A DNA stretch of 63,759 nucleotides, the filler included, from Octopus bimaculoides (taxonomy: Eukaryota), in assembly GCF_001194135.2 (NCBI RefSeq). It is 8 parts of 8 records of this genome, joined end to end, with 100 filler letters (N's around TTAATTAATTAA, not from the genome) between each part and the next. Parts side by side here need not be neighbours in the genome. Positions count along the whole stretch, not along the records: positions 1 to 20,155 come from NC_068981.1; positions 20,256 to 33,751 come from NC_069006.1; 6 more parts are not named here. One strand, written 5' to 3'. Numbering within the stretch: the first letter of the stretch is position 1; each line of letters opens with the position of its first letter. Below, piece after piece: positions 12,801-26,315 of the stretch. The notes beneath the pieces are model-generated. The model saw only the letters and a program-made list of their open reading frames with translations, was not told the DNA's origin and ran no database searches. Made by a program: the position numbers and the translations under genes.

Positions 12801-13768
12801 GACTGCGGCCATGTTGCAGCACTGCCTTGAAGAGTTTAACTGAAACAATTGACCTCACTGCTTATTTCTTTTTAAGTTTGCTACTTGGACTATCTATCTC
12901 TTTTGCCGAACTTCTAAGTCATCGTAACATAAACAAACCAATACTGATTTGTTCATGTTAGCGATGGTGAACAAATACAGACACAAAGACATATACACAG
13001 ATATATACAACGAGATTGCACACAGTTTCCATCAACCAATATCACTCATAAGGCATTGGGCGTCCCAAGGTGCCGCACAGGAAAAGTGATCCTGAAACTA
13101 GATGACTGCAAGACGAGCTTGTCAACTAAACAACCATTCCTGACTATTTTTCTGTATTTTGAAAGATAACACTCCTATTTTCTTTTTATTAGCGGTAGGG
13201 AAGTAGCGAAAACTTTATCTATAAACCCTGTTATATTGTTAGTGCACATTGCTTTTAAATCTAGAGGAATGAAAGGCAATATTGAACTCGGAAATATTGT
13301 AATTCCATTTGAACGTTCACGGCTGAAAATACATATAGTAGAATATAACAGTAATTATACATAACAACTATAGCAACAACAACATTGGCCTCATGAAAAC
13401 GGATTTGCCAGAGAAGATTTTAATCGACGAATTCAACTCTCAGTACATTATTAAGGTTTAGTTTGCTGAACACAGAAAAGTGAAAGAATTGGTTGACTCC
13501 GGTGAAAAATTTGATTCAGAACATTTAGGAAGATATGTAAACAACGAAATATAAATCGATTCTACATTCAGTTTAGTTTCATAGTTTACACCATTGCTAT
13601 TAATTTCTTTTATCATTCCAGACATACACAGGAAGTAAATAGACACCTTTAATTTTCATAATTTCTGATCTAAGCGTCTTAATATGTTTTCAGCGGTGTA
13701 GAATTTACAATGTAATTATTCTTTTTCATTCCAGGTGCCATTATATTAAACATTTGCGAAAAGCAACC

Positions 13769-14160
13769 ATGCCACGCACAAAAATATTCAGTAGAACTGT
13801 CAGATGTTCAAAGCGGTCGTATTCTTGGGCAATCTGAGGCTGGTCTCAGCCAGCGAAAAATTGCCTAAAATCTTCAAATTCCTCTTGCTACTGGTAATAG
13901 AATTATAGTGCAATTCAAAAGCCAACGAAAAGAATCAACAGATTCTCGTCCCGGCTGACCTGGGCCCTCGGAAAGGAAGCTTCGCTGTTTGAAGAGAGTT
14001 GTGGAAAACTAACTCCGTTCGAAGGCTTCTGACATTGCAAACCAGCTAGAAGTTAATCCAAGAACGTGCGTTACATATCTGCATAAGCTTAGGTATTATG
14101 GACGAGCAGCTAGAAGAAAACCTCTCCTTCAACTAATTAATATCAAATAAAAGATTTTGA
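13769..14160 (+). mobile_element. Tc1-like transposase N-terminal fragment
   Basis: [37 protein letters not shown]...DIANQLEVNPRTCVTYLHKLRYYGRAARRKPLL: paired-like HTH domains and RRKPLL linker, with stops. Confidence 0.75.
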
Positions 14161-15924
14161 AAATTAAAGGTATCTATTTACGTCCTGCATGTCTGCATAA
14201 GTTATATAATCAGGGGAAAAGAGAAGGAAATTGAATGTTGAAACGTGACTTTAATGCCTTTTCAGAGGTTATTAAGGGGTATAATTAAGTGAAATGTTTC
14301 TTTTTTTTTGCACACGCTATCTACTTCTGCTTTCTTTTCTCGCCGTGATCTCAACTCGCCACTAATCCTACTACCTCGCAGTGTTAATCTCCTATTAAAT
14401 ATTATAAATCATCTGCAATGTTAGAATACCTCGAGATAGCAATAACTGCTGCTGGATATGTCCAGGTGAATATTTATGAATAATACATAAGTATTGGCAG
14501 AGTCTTACGTGCAAAGAAACTGAGATAATGTTTAAGTGTGTGAATTGCTTTGTACTGAATTTGCTAAACGTAAAGCAGGGAGATAGAACAGTAGAAATGT
14601 TAGAATGCCGGGATAAATTCCTTATGGTAATTAGTTCGTCTCTTTATATTCCAAGTTCAAATCCCGTAAGAGTTGACTTTACCTTTTGATCATTCATGGT
14701 TCAATTAAATAATTTCAACGATGTTCTCTGGTCAATTCAATCTACTTACACCTTAGATATCATCACTTCATAAATTTGCCGCGTTGTGCTAAACGAAGAA
14801 ACCAATGTATAAAAGAAGAGATATCGAACACTCTAGAACACAAATAAGATGCTACTTGTTTGAAACTACAGCACGATTCTACTTTATCTACACTGCTAAT
14901 TGGTCTAACTTTTCATTTCTCACTCCTCATATCTAAAACTGAAAATCGCTAGGTGTCTACTCAGCAAAACCTAATATTCATAAAATAAAGAATGTAAAAT
15001 TGATAGAAATATTTAAGCGACAGTTTAAGTACTTTCCAATGCTTATTTGCATATTCACGTTTTAATATCCAATTTTAGATGACATCAGCAGATTTCATAA
15101 AATCATTGTTGCACATTGGTCATAAATTCAATAAAAGCTTGCTTTACGTAATTTACCTTCTCTCCATTTGTCGTTATTGTTTACCCTAGTTCAGCCCTCA
15201 TTAATTAGAAGAACTGAGATCAGAGGCATTCTAGCTATGGTTATCTCGTCCTTCTTTCGGGTGTCCAATGTTTACATACCTTTTTAAAAGAGTGGAATGA
15301 AATTTGAATGAAATTTGTTATCTTTGAAAACAAAGGACGAACAAGATGAACAGAACAACTACATACATGGTTTAAGGGTAGATTGCGAATGCATTCAAAC
15401 AAGAGACATAGAAAGTTGAACAAACATTCTGCTATTATTCAGGAAAACCGAAATTTTGCTTTAGCTCACTCCACGAACCTATGAAAAGAATAAAAAACCC
15501 ACACTGGTCGTGAGTTAAGAAAAATGGCTTCAAGAACGGTTTACCATATCTTGGAGCTTATTATCGGTGTACAGCTCTGAACACTACAAAAGGATGAAAA
15601 GTTCATAAGACATCTTAAAGAATATTGCATGAAGATCTCGAAGATATAAAAGACAGTGACTGACACTTGTCATTGAGATGTATGGTCACTACCAGGACAC
15701 TATGTGAAGAATTCATGGAGATTTTATTTCATGCTGTGCCTGCAGAGCATACCGTCTTTCGTTGAGACAAAGATACATGACAGTACTGTAAGCAAGGTAA
15801 CTGAAGCACTTGAAACATCTATCGTTCTGCTGATTGCACGATACACAAAAAGAAAATGCTATAAACCACAACTCAAAAATATATACCAATAATGAAAAAT
15901 ACATACCCGTCAAGAAAAAGTTTG

Positions 15925-15974
<50 letters not shown>

Positions 15975-16461
15975 CGTCCGTCCGTCCGTCCGTCTGTCTG
16001 TCTGTCTGTCTGTCTGTCTATGTGGTGTGCGCGCGGGTGTGTATATGTGTTTAATTATAAATGGATCATGTAGAAGTAGATATGCGAGTGGATGTATGTG
16101 TTATATACTTGTGCACCTGCCTCTGTATGTATCTATGCAGATAAATGTGTGCGTCTCATATGCTTATATGATATATTTGTTATGTGATATACGTGTTTAA
16201 TACTGTTACCTGCCATATTTATGTTTGTTATTTATGTATTCATCCATCCATAGTTAAATACATACATACAAACAAATAAACATATACAGAAGCAAACATT
16301 TACACGTACACGCATATAGCAGCCTATGTTTCATACCAAATGCAAGTTTTACTGAGGTATTCGTTCTGAAACGATATCTCTCATAGACATACAGTGTTAA
16401 ATAACACAAAAAAATATATCAGTAGCAGAAAGAAATCAACCCTCCAGCGGTGCTGGTAATG

Positions 16462-16500
16462 CTAGATGCGCATTTCTGCCTCCTTAGGCTTCGTCAGTAG
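16462..16500 (-). ncRNA. Minimal type I hammerhead ribozyme candidate
   Basis: CTA-CTGACGA-A-GCCT(aagg)AGGC-A-GAAA-TGCGCA-TC-TAG. Palindromic helix III ATGCGCAT, AUC triplet, 3-bp helix I, extra A on each side of helix II. Confidence 0.65.
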
Positions 16501-17282
16501 TAAGAATCCACTGCTAATAGCATGCTAAGACAAAAATATGCCTTCACTTAAGTTGGAACACAGAAATTCAAAAAATCACTAATGCTGGAATTAACCAGTC
16601 GAATAGAAATTCATTATATGCAACAGAAGTAGCATTAGTTTAGAATAGTAATCTGTATATCACAATCAAAGCAGATACATACTCCCTCCCCGCCAAAAGG
16701 AAAATCTTTGAAGGATCATGAGTTCTACCTATTGTCCTAGCAAAACAATATTTACACAGATATGTACATACATGCATAAAGGCATATATGAAGTATATAC
16801 GTATGTATGTATGTATGTATGTATGTATGTATGTACGTATATATGTATGTATGTATGCATGTATGTATGTATGCATGTATGTATGTATGTATGTATGTAT
16901 GTATGTATGTACGTGTGTATGTATGTATATATGTATGCATATNNNNNNNNNNNNNNNNNNNNNNNNNNNNNNNNNNNNNNNNNNNNNNNNNNNNNNNNNN
17001 NNNNNNNNNNNNNNNNNNNNNNNNNNNNNNNNNNNNNNNNNNNNNNNNNNNNNNNNNNNNNNNNNNNNNNNNNNNNNNNNNNNNNNNNNNNNNNNNNNNN
17101 NNNNNNNNNNNNNNNNNNNNNNNNNNNNNNNNNNNNNNNNNNNNNNNNNNNNNNNNNNNNNNNNNNNNNNNNNNNNNNNNNNNNNNNNNNNNNNNNNNNN
17201 NNNNNNNNNNNNNNNNNNNNNNNNNNNNNNNNNNNNNNNNNNNNNNNNNNNNNNNNNNNNNNNNNNNNNNNNNNNNNAAATA

Positions 17283-17896
17283 TATAAGGACTAGACTACT
17301 TTCCTGCCTCATGGCAGTCATTTAGATCCCGTCTGACAGATGAGCCTCGTCTTGGAATATCTGTAGAGCTCAACGAGGACATCCTAGAAACTCTGGTGGA
17401 ATAATATTCCATCGTAACTTTTGACGGACTAGCAGAGAATCTTGGCCATTCAACCATTCATCGAGACTTGCACTAGAAGAAAAACGACCATCTTTGGTTT
17501 CAAGACGAAAGGTGTTCTTCCATCAGGATAATGATCGGCCACATACAGCGAGGATGACATTCCAAAATCTGGAGCTGTTTGAATTGGAAACGGTGCCTCA
17601 CCAACCATATTCGCCAGACATTGCCCCATCTGATTATCATTTATTCTTCAGTCTTCAAAATCATTTGGACGGAAAAGATATGAATTCTGCAGACGAAGTC
17701 AGAACAGTACTGGAGGAATATTTTTCGTCATGTACCAGTGGATTTTAGAAGAGGGGCCTTGCAAGTCTACCAGATAGATGGAATTGAATTGTAGAAAATG
17801 AAGGAGAGTATATTATAGATTAAAAAGGAACTTTGTCTTAAGTTTGAAAATTAAAAGAAGTATAAAACCCCGCATTATTTATCGGATGACCCAATA
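17283..17896 (+). mobile_element. Internally deleted mariner (D,D34D) element with 3' TIR
   Basis: RRKVFFHQDNDRPHTAR...PHQPYSPDIAPSDYHLFFSLQNHL...LPDRWN..VENEGEYIID*, followed by TIR gcattatttatcggatgacccaata (17872-17896). Confidence 0.92.
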
Positions 17897-19259
17897 CACA
17901 CACATACACACACACGCACACACATGCACACACTCATACATACACACACGCACGCACACACACACACGCACACACACACACATATATATACATATGCATA
18001 TAGTTATAACGATATGGATTATGGAGACTTTCTCATCCTTAAAATATATTTCTTTTCATTTTACAATTCCATAATCATATTTTTATGGTTATTACACGTG
18101 GACACACGTGTTTGTAGTCCATGTGTAACTACACATACTCTGTCCTCTGGAGACACGTGTAGGTCGTAATAACCATAAAGATATACTGTATGAAAATTTA
18201 AGATAAAAGGAGATAAATTTTGAGGATGAACTAGTCTCCATATTCTCTATCGTTATGACTATTGCTAATATACACTCCAGATAATATTACCATCCAGAGT
18301 GGGGAACACAGAATTACCCGTCGGAGGAATTTACAGCGTGAGTGACAGTTCATAGTACTCATAGACATTAAATACTGATCGATGAGGTTAGCTGTAACCT
18401 GGAACATAAATGAGAGCCACCACGATACCCAACCGAATAATGTATACTTCTAAACTTACATATGCACATATATGTCTATACATGCACACACACAAACCTT
18501 CCCACATATATACATATATTACAGAACTACGCACAGAGACACAGACACACAAACACACAGACACACACACACACACACATACATGTATGTCGAAGTGCTT
18601 GTGTATACGTGTAGATGTATATACGCAATTCTTGTGTTTGTGCAAAGAATCGTTTATATCTCTCCCATTTGCTCTCTCTTTTAATGGTTGGAATAATCGG
18701 AAACGCAAAACCTCAATTTACGATCAAATACACTGTAACACCTACAATATTATATAGATGTGTGTGTATGCGCGCGCGCGCGTATGTGTGTATGTGTGTG
18801 TATGAGTGTGTATATATATACACACACACTCAAAAAGAGATACGCTAATGAATTACAAATCGCTGCGGTTTTGTTTTGAAGCGGTGATGCGGTTATGCTA
18901 GTAACCGTGGCAACGGCATTGCAGAATGAATATTCTAAAATATCTGATGCCATAAACATTGGTTCAGCTCCACAACTGAAGCAGTGACCTTTATGTGCCC
19001 TTTGCTCGGATGTGTTACCGACGGCAGAAGCAATAACGTGAGAACTAGGAACTTGCCAAAAACCCCCGACAACCTATTCGATGCGCTATATGTGCTACAG
19101 CGTTCGGATGATCAAACAAGCACTTGCCCCAGAGCAAGTTCAGAAGTGTGAAGTGAGTGCTGGGATGAGTGCTGAGACTGGAGAGATGAAGACGAGCTGA
19201 TAAACAACAACAACAACAACAATAATAATAATAATGATAGCAATGCTAACGACTGTTGG

Positions 19260-19293
<34 letters not shown>

Positions 19294-19437
19294 ATAGGAG
19301 GTGTGAAGAGATGAAAGTATACGTGAATATGAGTGTGTGCACACATATGTTGTATATGTATATACATGTATATATCTGTGTACACACAAATACATACACA
19401 AACACAAGCCTATAGATGGCTTTCTTCACACATACGC

Positions 19438-19489
<52 letters not shown>

Positions 19490-19584
19490 GTGTGTGCGTA
19501 TGTGTGTGTGCGTGTGTTCGTAGTGCGCGCCCGAGCGTCTGTTTATACGCAAATTATGTATGTATATATACATATGTGCGTGTG

Positions 19585-19616
<32 letters not shown>

Positions 19617-19636
19617 TCTATCTATCTATCTATCTA

Positions 19637-19677
<41 letters not shown>

Positions 19678-19802
19678 TTATGTATAGTTACATGTTTATG
19701 ATCGCAAGAAAACTCGTAACTCATTTTGTAGTTCTATGTATGTGTGTATGTATGTATGTATGTATACATGTATGTACGTATGCATTAATGTATATGTGTG
19801 CA

Positions 19803-19877
<75 letters not shown>

Positions 19878-20106
19878 AAGGATATGTAGGCATAAATTTA
19901 ACCATACATTAGTGAGTGCATGCGCAGGTATAACAGTCGAGCAAACACTGCAAGGCAACGAATTTAAGTTAGGCATACACACAAATGTATATACAGATAC
20001 ATAAGCAGGGATATGCACACACACACATGCAAGCGCACATATACACAACGTATATATACGCGTATGTTATATATAAACATGCATACATATATGAAGTGTG
20101 TCTTCA

Positions 20107-20155
<49 letters not shown>

Positions 20156-20255
20156 NNNNNNNNNNNNNNNNNNNNNNNNNNNNNNNNNNNNNNNNNNNNT
20201 TAATTAATTAANNNNNNNNNNNNNNNNNNNNNNNNNNNNNNNNNNNNNNNNNNNN
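20156..20255. other. Artificial 100-bp joining spacer (also 33752-33851, 36985-37084, 42121-42220, 55321-55420, 58569-58668, 61187-61286)
   Basis: 44 N + TTAATTAATTAA (stop codons in all six frames) + 44 N, identical seven times. Confidence 0.95.
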
Positions 20256-20364
20256 CCTCTCTTTCTCTATTTGTCCATATATCCCTCTGTCTCACCCTCC
20301 CTCTCTCTTTCTCTCTCTTTCTCTTTCTCACTCTTTCCCTCTATATTCCATAAAACACACGCTG

Positions 20365-20410
<46 letters not shown>

Positions 20411-20800
20411 CTCATTCTGCAGAAAAACACACGTATTCTGCACAAATACACACGCCCTCCCACTTTCTTACCCCCCCTCTCTCTCTCTCTGTCTTCTCTC
20501 ACGCTTGCAGTATGTATTTCTCATCATCTCTCATACACACACCACTCGAGCACCTATACACTCACATGTACAAATTTCCGCCCCTTCACTCACTTCTCGC
20601 TCTCTCTATCTCTCTCCTCTTTCGAATAGTTTTCATTATCTCACACGTTATGTTTCTCCTTTTGTCTGCTCCTCTCTCACTCTCTCTTTCTCTATCTCTT
20701 TCGCACACACACACAAACACACACATGCACACACACACACACACACACAGATCTATATGCACGCATTGTAATATCTTTGTGCCCATTATACTAGTCGCTC

Positions 20801-20852
<52 letters not shown>

Positions 20853-21030
20853 CTACTGTATTACGCAACGTATCATTCACTACAACAGCCACCACCACTA
20901 TCAATACAATCACCAATAACAACAACACCACCTTCCCAAACAACTGTATCTTCACCCCCCTGTACTGTTCTTTGTATTAATCTTACTGACTCATGCCTGC
21001 GAATCATTGCATAATAAATGGGTAATTCGG
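20256..21030 (+). repeat. Dispersed duplicate of 29900-30700 (CT/CA microsatellite-rich block with unique spacers)
   Basis: Shared order of unique strings, e.g. ctctttccctctatatt(c/t)cataaaa..cgctgatacacac, cactcgagcac, caacaacaccacc(t/c)tcccaaacaactgtatc, gttctttgtattaatcttac.gactcat.cctgcgaat. Confidence 0.85.
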
Positions 21031-21578
21031 TATATATTGAGCAATCTCAACACATATGTCAAAACACTATGACTTAACTTCCACATACTTCCACATTTCT
21101 TACTCGTCACAATCACTGGACTTTGACCCAGTTGGAGCACCATTTTGAAAGGTTTAATAGAAAAAAAATTTATCTGCCTTCTCGCCGCCCTCAAGAACTT
21201 CAGTTTTATTTTGATTTTGCGTGTGTATGTGTGTGTGTGTCTGTGTCTGTCTGTCTGTGTCTGTGTCTGTGTTTGTTCTTGTTGTTATTATTGCTGCCAC
21301 GATGATGATGATAATGTTGTTGTTTTCAGATCTGGGACTTATTCTATCAATTCTCTATAGCTGAACCGCTAGGGGATCTATTCCATCTCAATCACAGGTT
21401 TTTTAATTAATTTGTTTTAATCAAACAGTTTGAAACTTCGAATACTAGTAGAATTTCTCACGTAGAACACTGCTTACTCTGAACAGGTTGCAGAGATTTG
21501 GTATTTTAGAAATTATTTCGTGTTAAAGTTGTATTTGAGTAATTTCAACGAAAGTATTCGGTTGAAGAAAGCTCCTTC

Positions 21579-22097
21579 TGTTTGCGATAGTAATCGAAGA
21601 GGAACATCTTCCGGGTCATCTCTACTAAATGTCACCCCTCTATTCTATTCGTACGGCGAGCGAAGATGATGTCATCTTTGTCCTTTCTTCCTTTCTAGTC
21701 AGCACCGTGCATTCCTTACTCTTTCCCTCCCTTCTACACTGTCAATTAACAACCAGAGAGCGAACTTGTCACTGCGGCTACAATTACCGTATTTTCGGGT
21801 GTATAAGCCGCTATTTGTTTTGTTTTACCTTTATCTTTTGATAATGCTATTTTTTTTTATTCAATAAAGACTGTTATATTGACGAAATGTGTTTGTTGTT
21901 GATTATAGTAAGATAAAATCATTACAATAACAATAAATCTCAGAGTTGTAAAATAAGCCATTTTGAAAATACACATACGTCAACAGCAAAAAAGCTAGCT
22001 GCGGACTCATTGCTGTATGGTGCTGATTTTTCGAAGAGTGGTGGCATTTAGTAGAGATGACCCGGAAGTTATTCCTCTTTAATTACTATCGCAAACA
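21579..22097. mobile_element. MITE-like element with 58-bp terminal inverted repeats
   Basis: tgtttgcgatagtaatcgaagaggaacatcttccgggtcatctctactaaatgtcacc (21579-21636) is mirrored at 22040-22097; non-coding interior. Confidence 0.8.
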
Positions 22098-23325
22098 ACA
22101 GTAGTTCATAAGAGAACCAATGGATAAGCGGGGCTTATCCCTTGGTTATGTTCTCATAACTGTTTCGCTAATCCAATAACAACAATACAACGTATGTAAC
22201 GGTTTTTGTGCATTTACAGAGAATACCGAACTGTCTTACATAGGATCTGTTTTTAGGAAATCCCAATAAGTTATGAATACCCAAATTGTGAAGTCAGTTA
22301 TGTAATAACATAAAATTAGTTACCTGATAGTAAGAATTCAAATAAAGTAGCCTCGAAAAGGGCTTTAATGCGTTTGGGAGAGTATATAGAACTTCGGAGG
22401 AAATACTAATAAGGTATGTATACCATAATCGTGAAGCATGCTACTTAATAACAGGCTAATCAGATATGAGATAATAATAATTCAAAATAATTTCGTTTTG
22501 GGATTTGCATTGCAAAATACTTTGTGTGCGTTCGTGTGTTGAAGGATATTCTGTTGTGTCTGGGGAGAGTTATTCTCTTTTAGTGCCTTATAACTTAACA
22601 CACTCACCGGTAAAAATTTCCACTCATTTACTTATTTATTTTTCTAAAATTTTCGTTGCGTCTTGCAACCTTTTCAATGGTTATTCACACCGTCCGTTAT
22701 TCACACTGCATTCCTTTTGATTGTTTCTGCGCATGTGTGGGGGTTTAGTGTGTGTGTGAATACACATGTATGTATGTATGTATGTATGTATGTATGTATG
22801 TATGTATGTATGTATGCATGCATGCGTGTTTGCATGTATGCTTGTGTGCATTTGTTTATATGTATGTATGTGTGTACATTTGTACATTTGTATGCATTCT
22901 GCATATTCATGTGTTTGTGTGTTTCTAAGTATGTGAGTGCATGTGCACCTCTGTCTCCTTGTGTGTGCATTACTGAGTGTGTTGTGTATGGGTTTTTTCA
23001 ACTATGTACTGTGTTTGTACGGATGGATGTGCATCTCCATATGTGTGGACGTGTGTCTCCATATGTGTGGACGTGTGTCTCCATATGTGTCCTTCTGTTA
23101 AGTGAAGTGTGTGTGGATATATTGTCATGTGTTTCAGTCTTCATTTGTATATGCGTGTGTATGTGTGCTTGTAAATTCATATAACCTATATAACTATCCG
23201 TCTGTATGTTAATACACATATACACATATACACCCACCTACACATACAAACATCTATCTACATAACAGCCCACTAACTATTCTACTCTACCTGCATAAAC
23301 TGTGGGTATGAGGGTAAGGTATCTA

Positions 23326-23940
23326 CTACGTATATTTCCTATTTAGTATTGGGTAAGTTTCATTTATGAGGACATACTTCTGTAATTGTCTGAGTGTTGG
23401 GTCCTTTGGATGCTTCAATAAGAAGCAGCTGTCACGTTGACCCAGGTTGACTCCATGTTGGTCCTTGACATGTTGGTAGAGTATGGATGACTGTTTTTTT
23501 CTCATCATATTGTTTCAAATGTTCATTTAGTCGTTCCGCAATGCTCTTAAATGTCTCTCCCATGTTATCTTCATGGTCTTTACAAACAACTTCTATGCAT
23601 CTTATGCTGTAAACAACATTTCTAGTTGTACAGTTATTGCCAGGGCTAATTCTACATACCATGCAGTTATCATTGGTGCATATGGTATTCTCAAAGGGGC
23701 ACCTCCTACATAGTTGTGATCTGACGGAGTTCCCTGCCTTTTCAACAATCTTAATGTTGAGTTTGGTCTCCTTCAAAGCTTTCCTAAATCTACGGGCTAG
23801 TTCTCCATGGATGTGGCCTCTACAACCATCACTCCTTGATATTTGTCGGTTTTATACCACGTGTTCACCCTCTTTGCTTTGTCACAAGTTCTTTGTATCC
23901 TATTCCAGTCTTTGTTTCCATATCTAGAGCACGTATCACT
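23326..23940 (-). mobile_element. Penelope-like element, GIY-YIG endonuclease C-terminal fragment
   Basis: ...CMVCRISPGNNCTTRNVVYSIRCIEVVCK...MGETFKSIAERLNEH..., then frameshift to ...HPKDPTLRQLQKYVLINETYPILNRK. Matches the PLE GIY-YIG pattern (NVVYxIxC, GET, RxxEH, LN). Confidence 0.85.
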
Positions 23941-23967
23941 GGTATCATTACATATAATGTTACCTAA

Positions 23968-23973
23968 TTTATT
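23968..23973 (-). promoter_or_regulatory. Candidate polyadenylation signal of the CYP gene
   Basis: AATAAA on the minus strand about 330 nt after the CYP stop codon, just before the Penelope-like fragment. Confidence 0.4.
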
Positions 23974-24300
23974 TCTAGCACCCCTATAACTTCAAAGATA
24001 TTTCAGAAAATGACGTTTTATCATTAGGAAAGAATTGTTTCTTAATTAGCACTTTTCAATCAATGTTATGGCAGTCTGTTAATAAACCGGTTTCCATTTA
24101 GCATGTGTGCGACGCTTCTCTTGCGGTTCAGTTTATATATATTTATATATATTTATATATATAGTGTAATGTTATATCTTCTATATTGGTACAATGGTTT
24201 ATAAACACTGTTACATTTGTTACATTTATCGTTTGTTCTCTTATTCATTAAGTCACATGTAATTTTACAATATGATTTGATACCGATGTACATTGAGCCT

Positions 24301-24375
24301 TTATCTTCGTTCAAACTTCACCCAAACACCATTTTTAGGAACCAGTAACAAAGCCTCCACCATTATAAGAGGATT
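24301..24375 (-). CDS. Cytochrome P450 (CYP3 clan, CYP3A-like), terminal coding exon
   Basis: Minus strand TTTTCTATTGCAG acceptor (AG 24377-24376), then phase-0 NPLIMVEALLLVPKNGVWVKFERR-TAA. Joins in frame to the donor after ...EKTE at 26153 and resembles the C-terminal exon of CYP3A enzymes. Not in the ORF track. Confidence 0.85.
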   Translation of the reverse strand, partial: NPLIMVEALLLVPKNGVWVKFERR

Positions 24376-25329
24376 CTGCAATAGAAAATTTGAAATATTA
24401 TATTTCTTTAAAAAGTCCTTAGATATTCAACAAATGATATAACGTTATCCCTGCACAACCTACAACCTGCTAAGCATCACATGTTCCAGTAGAGGGAATG
24501 TGATCAAGTTGACCATTTGAACAGCAGAGCTTGCTTCAGTGTGGCTATGGATCAGGAGGTACGAGTCCGTCGAGTGAGGAGTGAACAGTGCTTCCAGGTA
24601 TACTCAATAACCTCAGAAACTATCACAGATGATATATCCAGGATTATATATTTTTTAAATAATCAAGTAGAAAATTCAAAAACTTCAAATGGTTGGGAGA
24701 AATTTAACCAGGTCCGAAATCTTTAAGAATTCGCTAACCAATATAAAATACCTTCACCGGTAGACATTGTTGCATGTATTCATGCAACATGCACTGCTCT
24801 TGCTGAAACGAAACTAATAACAACCACAGTTGACATAGAGGTACACATGCATACCAAAGTATCTGGTATTTTTCTCCCGACAGGACAGGAAAGAATGACT
24901 TCATAGAAGATGTGTCATGTACATCAGTCAAGATGTCACATTCTTAATTTTACAGTCGAACACAAACATGTTTAGTGATACACCAACAATATATTTAATG
25001 TCAGACGTTGTATAGCATATCGTCCACCGGTTCCTCAAGATACGACTACAACCTTCAAAGCAACTGTTGAAAGATAGAAGAGGTTTTAGGCAAACTGGAT
25101 CAACACATACTGTAGCTTTCTTGGCTGATTTAAACTCAAATCAGGTTACCAGTAGACATTGTTGCATGTATTCAGGCAATATACACGGCTCTTACTGAAA
25201 CGTATCTAATAACAACGAAAACGAGAAAACAGAAAACGAAGCCCGGTTTTAGAAACAATAAATCGAACTCAGAGGAATTTTATGAATTTGCAGCAGGTCC
25301 AAATTCGGTTCTTTAGAATATAAGACCAT

Positions 25330-26050
25330 TGTCCCAAAGAAATAACTCACTGACTGCTGACCCCAAAACGACAAGAGAAGTACTCAATAAACAATTCAAA
25401 AGTGGTCTGTCTCTTTGTTTTTTTCTTAGACAATAAGAAATATATAGAAATAAGCCACATTCAAGACAGCAGCTCTCAAGGGAAGTAGTTATCGTTCGCG
25501 TTGACAAAATGGAAGAAGATATTATGTAAGATGTTATACAGAAATTAGGTTAAACAAAGCGCCAAGCCACATCTTCCACTAGGATCTCAGCAAATCTCTT
25601 AATACCTCTTCCAAAGCTTCGTTACAGGTGATAAACTTCACCTTCACAATAAAATAGTTAAAACAAGAATTGCTACGTACTATGAAGCAGAGCAGATGCT
25701 AAAATCATAGACATATTTCAGTAACGTACAACCGGAACAAACCTGACCTGGGATGTGAGCACATATCCCAACTCAGATTTCTGAGAGTTAACTATAGCTT
25801 TAATACATAAAGGAGCGACCATCAGAAACAAATGCCCAAGACCGTACCAAGTAGCGATGTTCCATTGCCATGGGAACCAAAAACTTTGGGAAGAAATCAA
25901 ACGGCAGGAGAGTAAGGCTCGACAAAATCGACCTCACCTTCCACCAACATTACCATGCAGTCAATGGCATCGACTCTTCTATCCAAGAATCGGTCTACAT
26001 AATCGACAATGGCATCACCAGAAATGAAGCAGTCACAGTAGAAGAAACTA
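25330..26050 (+). mobile_element. Highly decayed CR1/L2-group LINE RT fragment in the last CYP intron (antisense)
   Basis: LTADPKTTREVLNKQFKS at about 25347-25402. gaagcagagcagatgctaaaatcatagacatatttcagtaacg (about 25685) reads as a decayed GSRADAKNYRPISLT. Many stops and frameshifts. Confidence 0.6.
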
Positions 26051-26152
26051 AATTTTCGGATACGCGATAAAGTCGACGATGACAAAATAAAAATAATAGA
26101 ATATCCTCATTAAACTTTCCAAAATTGAACCAATCAAAAATAAAGCACTTAC

Positions 26153-26315
26153 TTCTGTTTTTTCTGTGGGAAGTATTTTGAAATTCCGAATCATTTGGAC
26201 AGCTGCTACCTTGAACTCCAGCTTGGCCAGTCTCATTCCAAGACACATTCTTGGTCCTGCACCAAATGGTAAGTAGGTGAACGGCACCTGTTTAGACTTC
26301 GCTTCTTCACTAAAT
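26153..26315 (-). CDS. Cytochrome P450 (CYP3 clan) heme-binding exon, 163 nt
   Basis: TTCTTATTTACAG acceptor, then (R)FSEEAKSKQVPFTYLPFGAGPRMCLGMRLAKLEFKVAAVQMIRNFKILPTEKTE, then GTAAGT donor. Contains the FxxGxRxCxG heme-thiolate signature. Confidence 0.97.

Noticed and set aside
25897-26085. ORF directly after the heme exon as the CYP C-terminus
   Set aside because: Not P450-like and lies antisense to a decayed LINE; the proper terminal exon is at 24301-24375.
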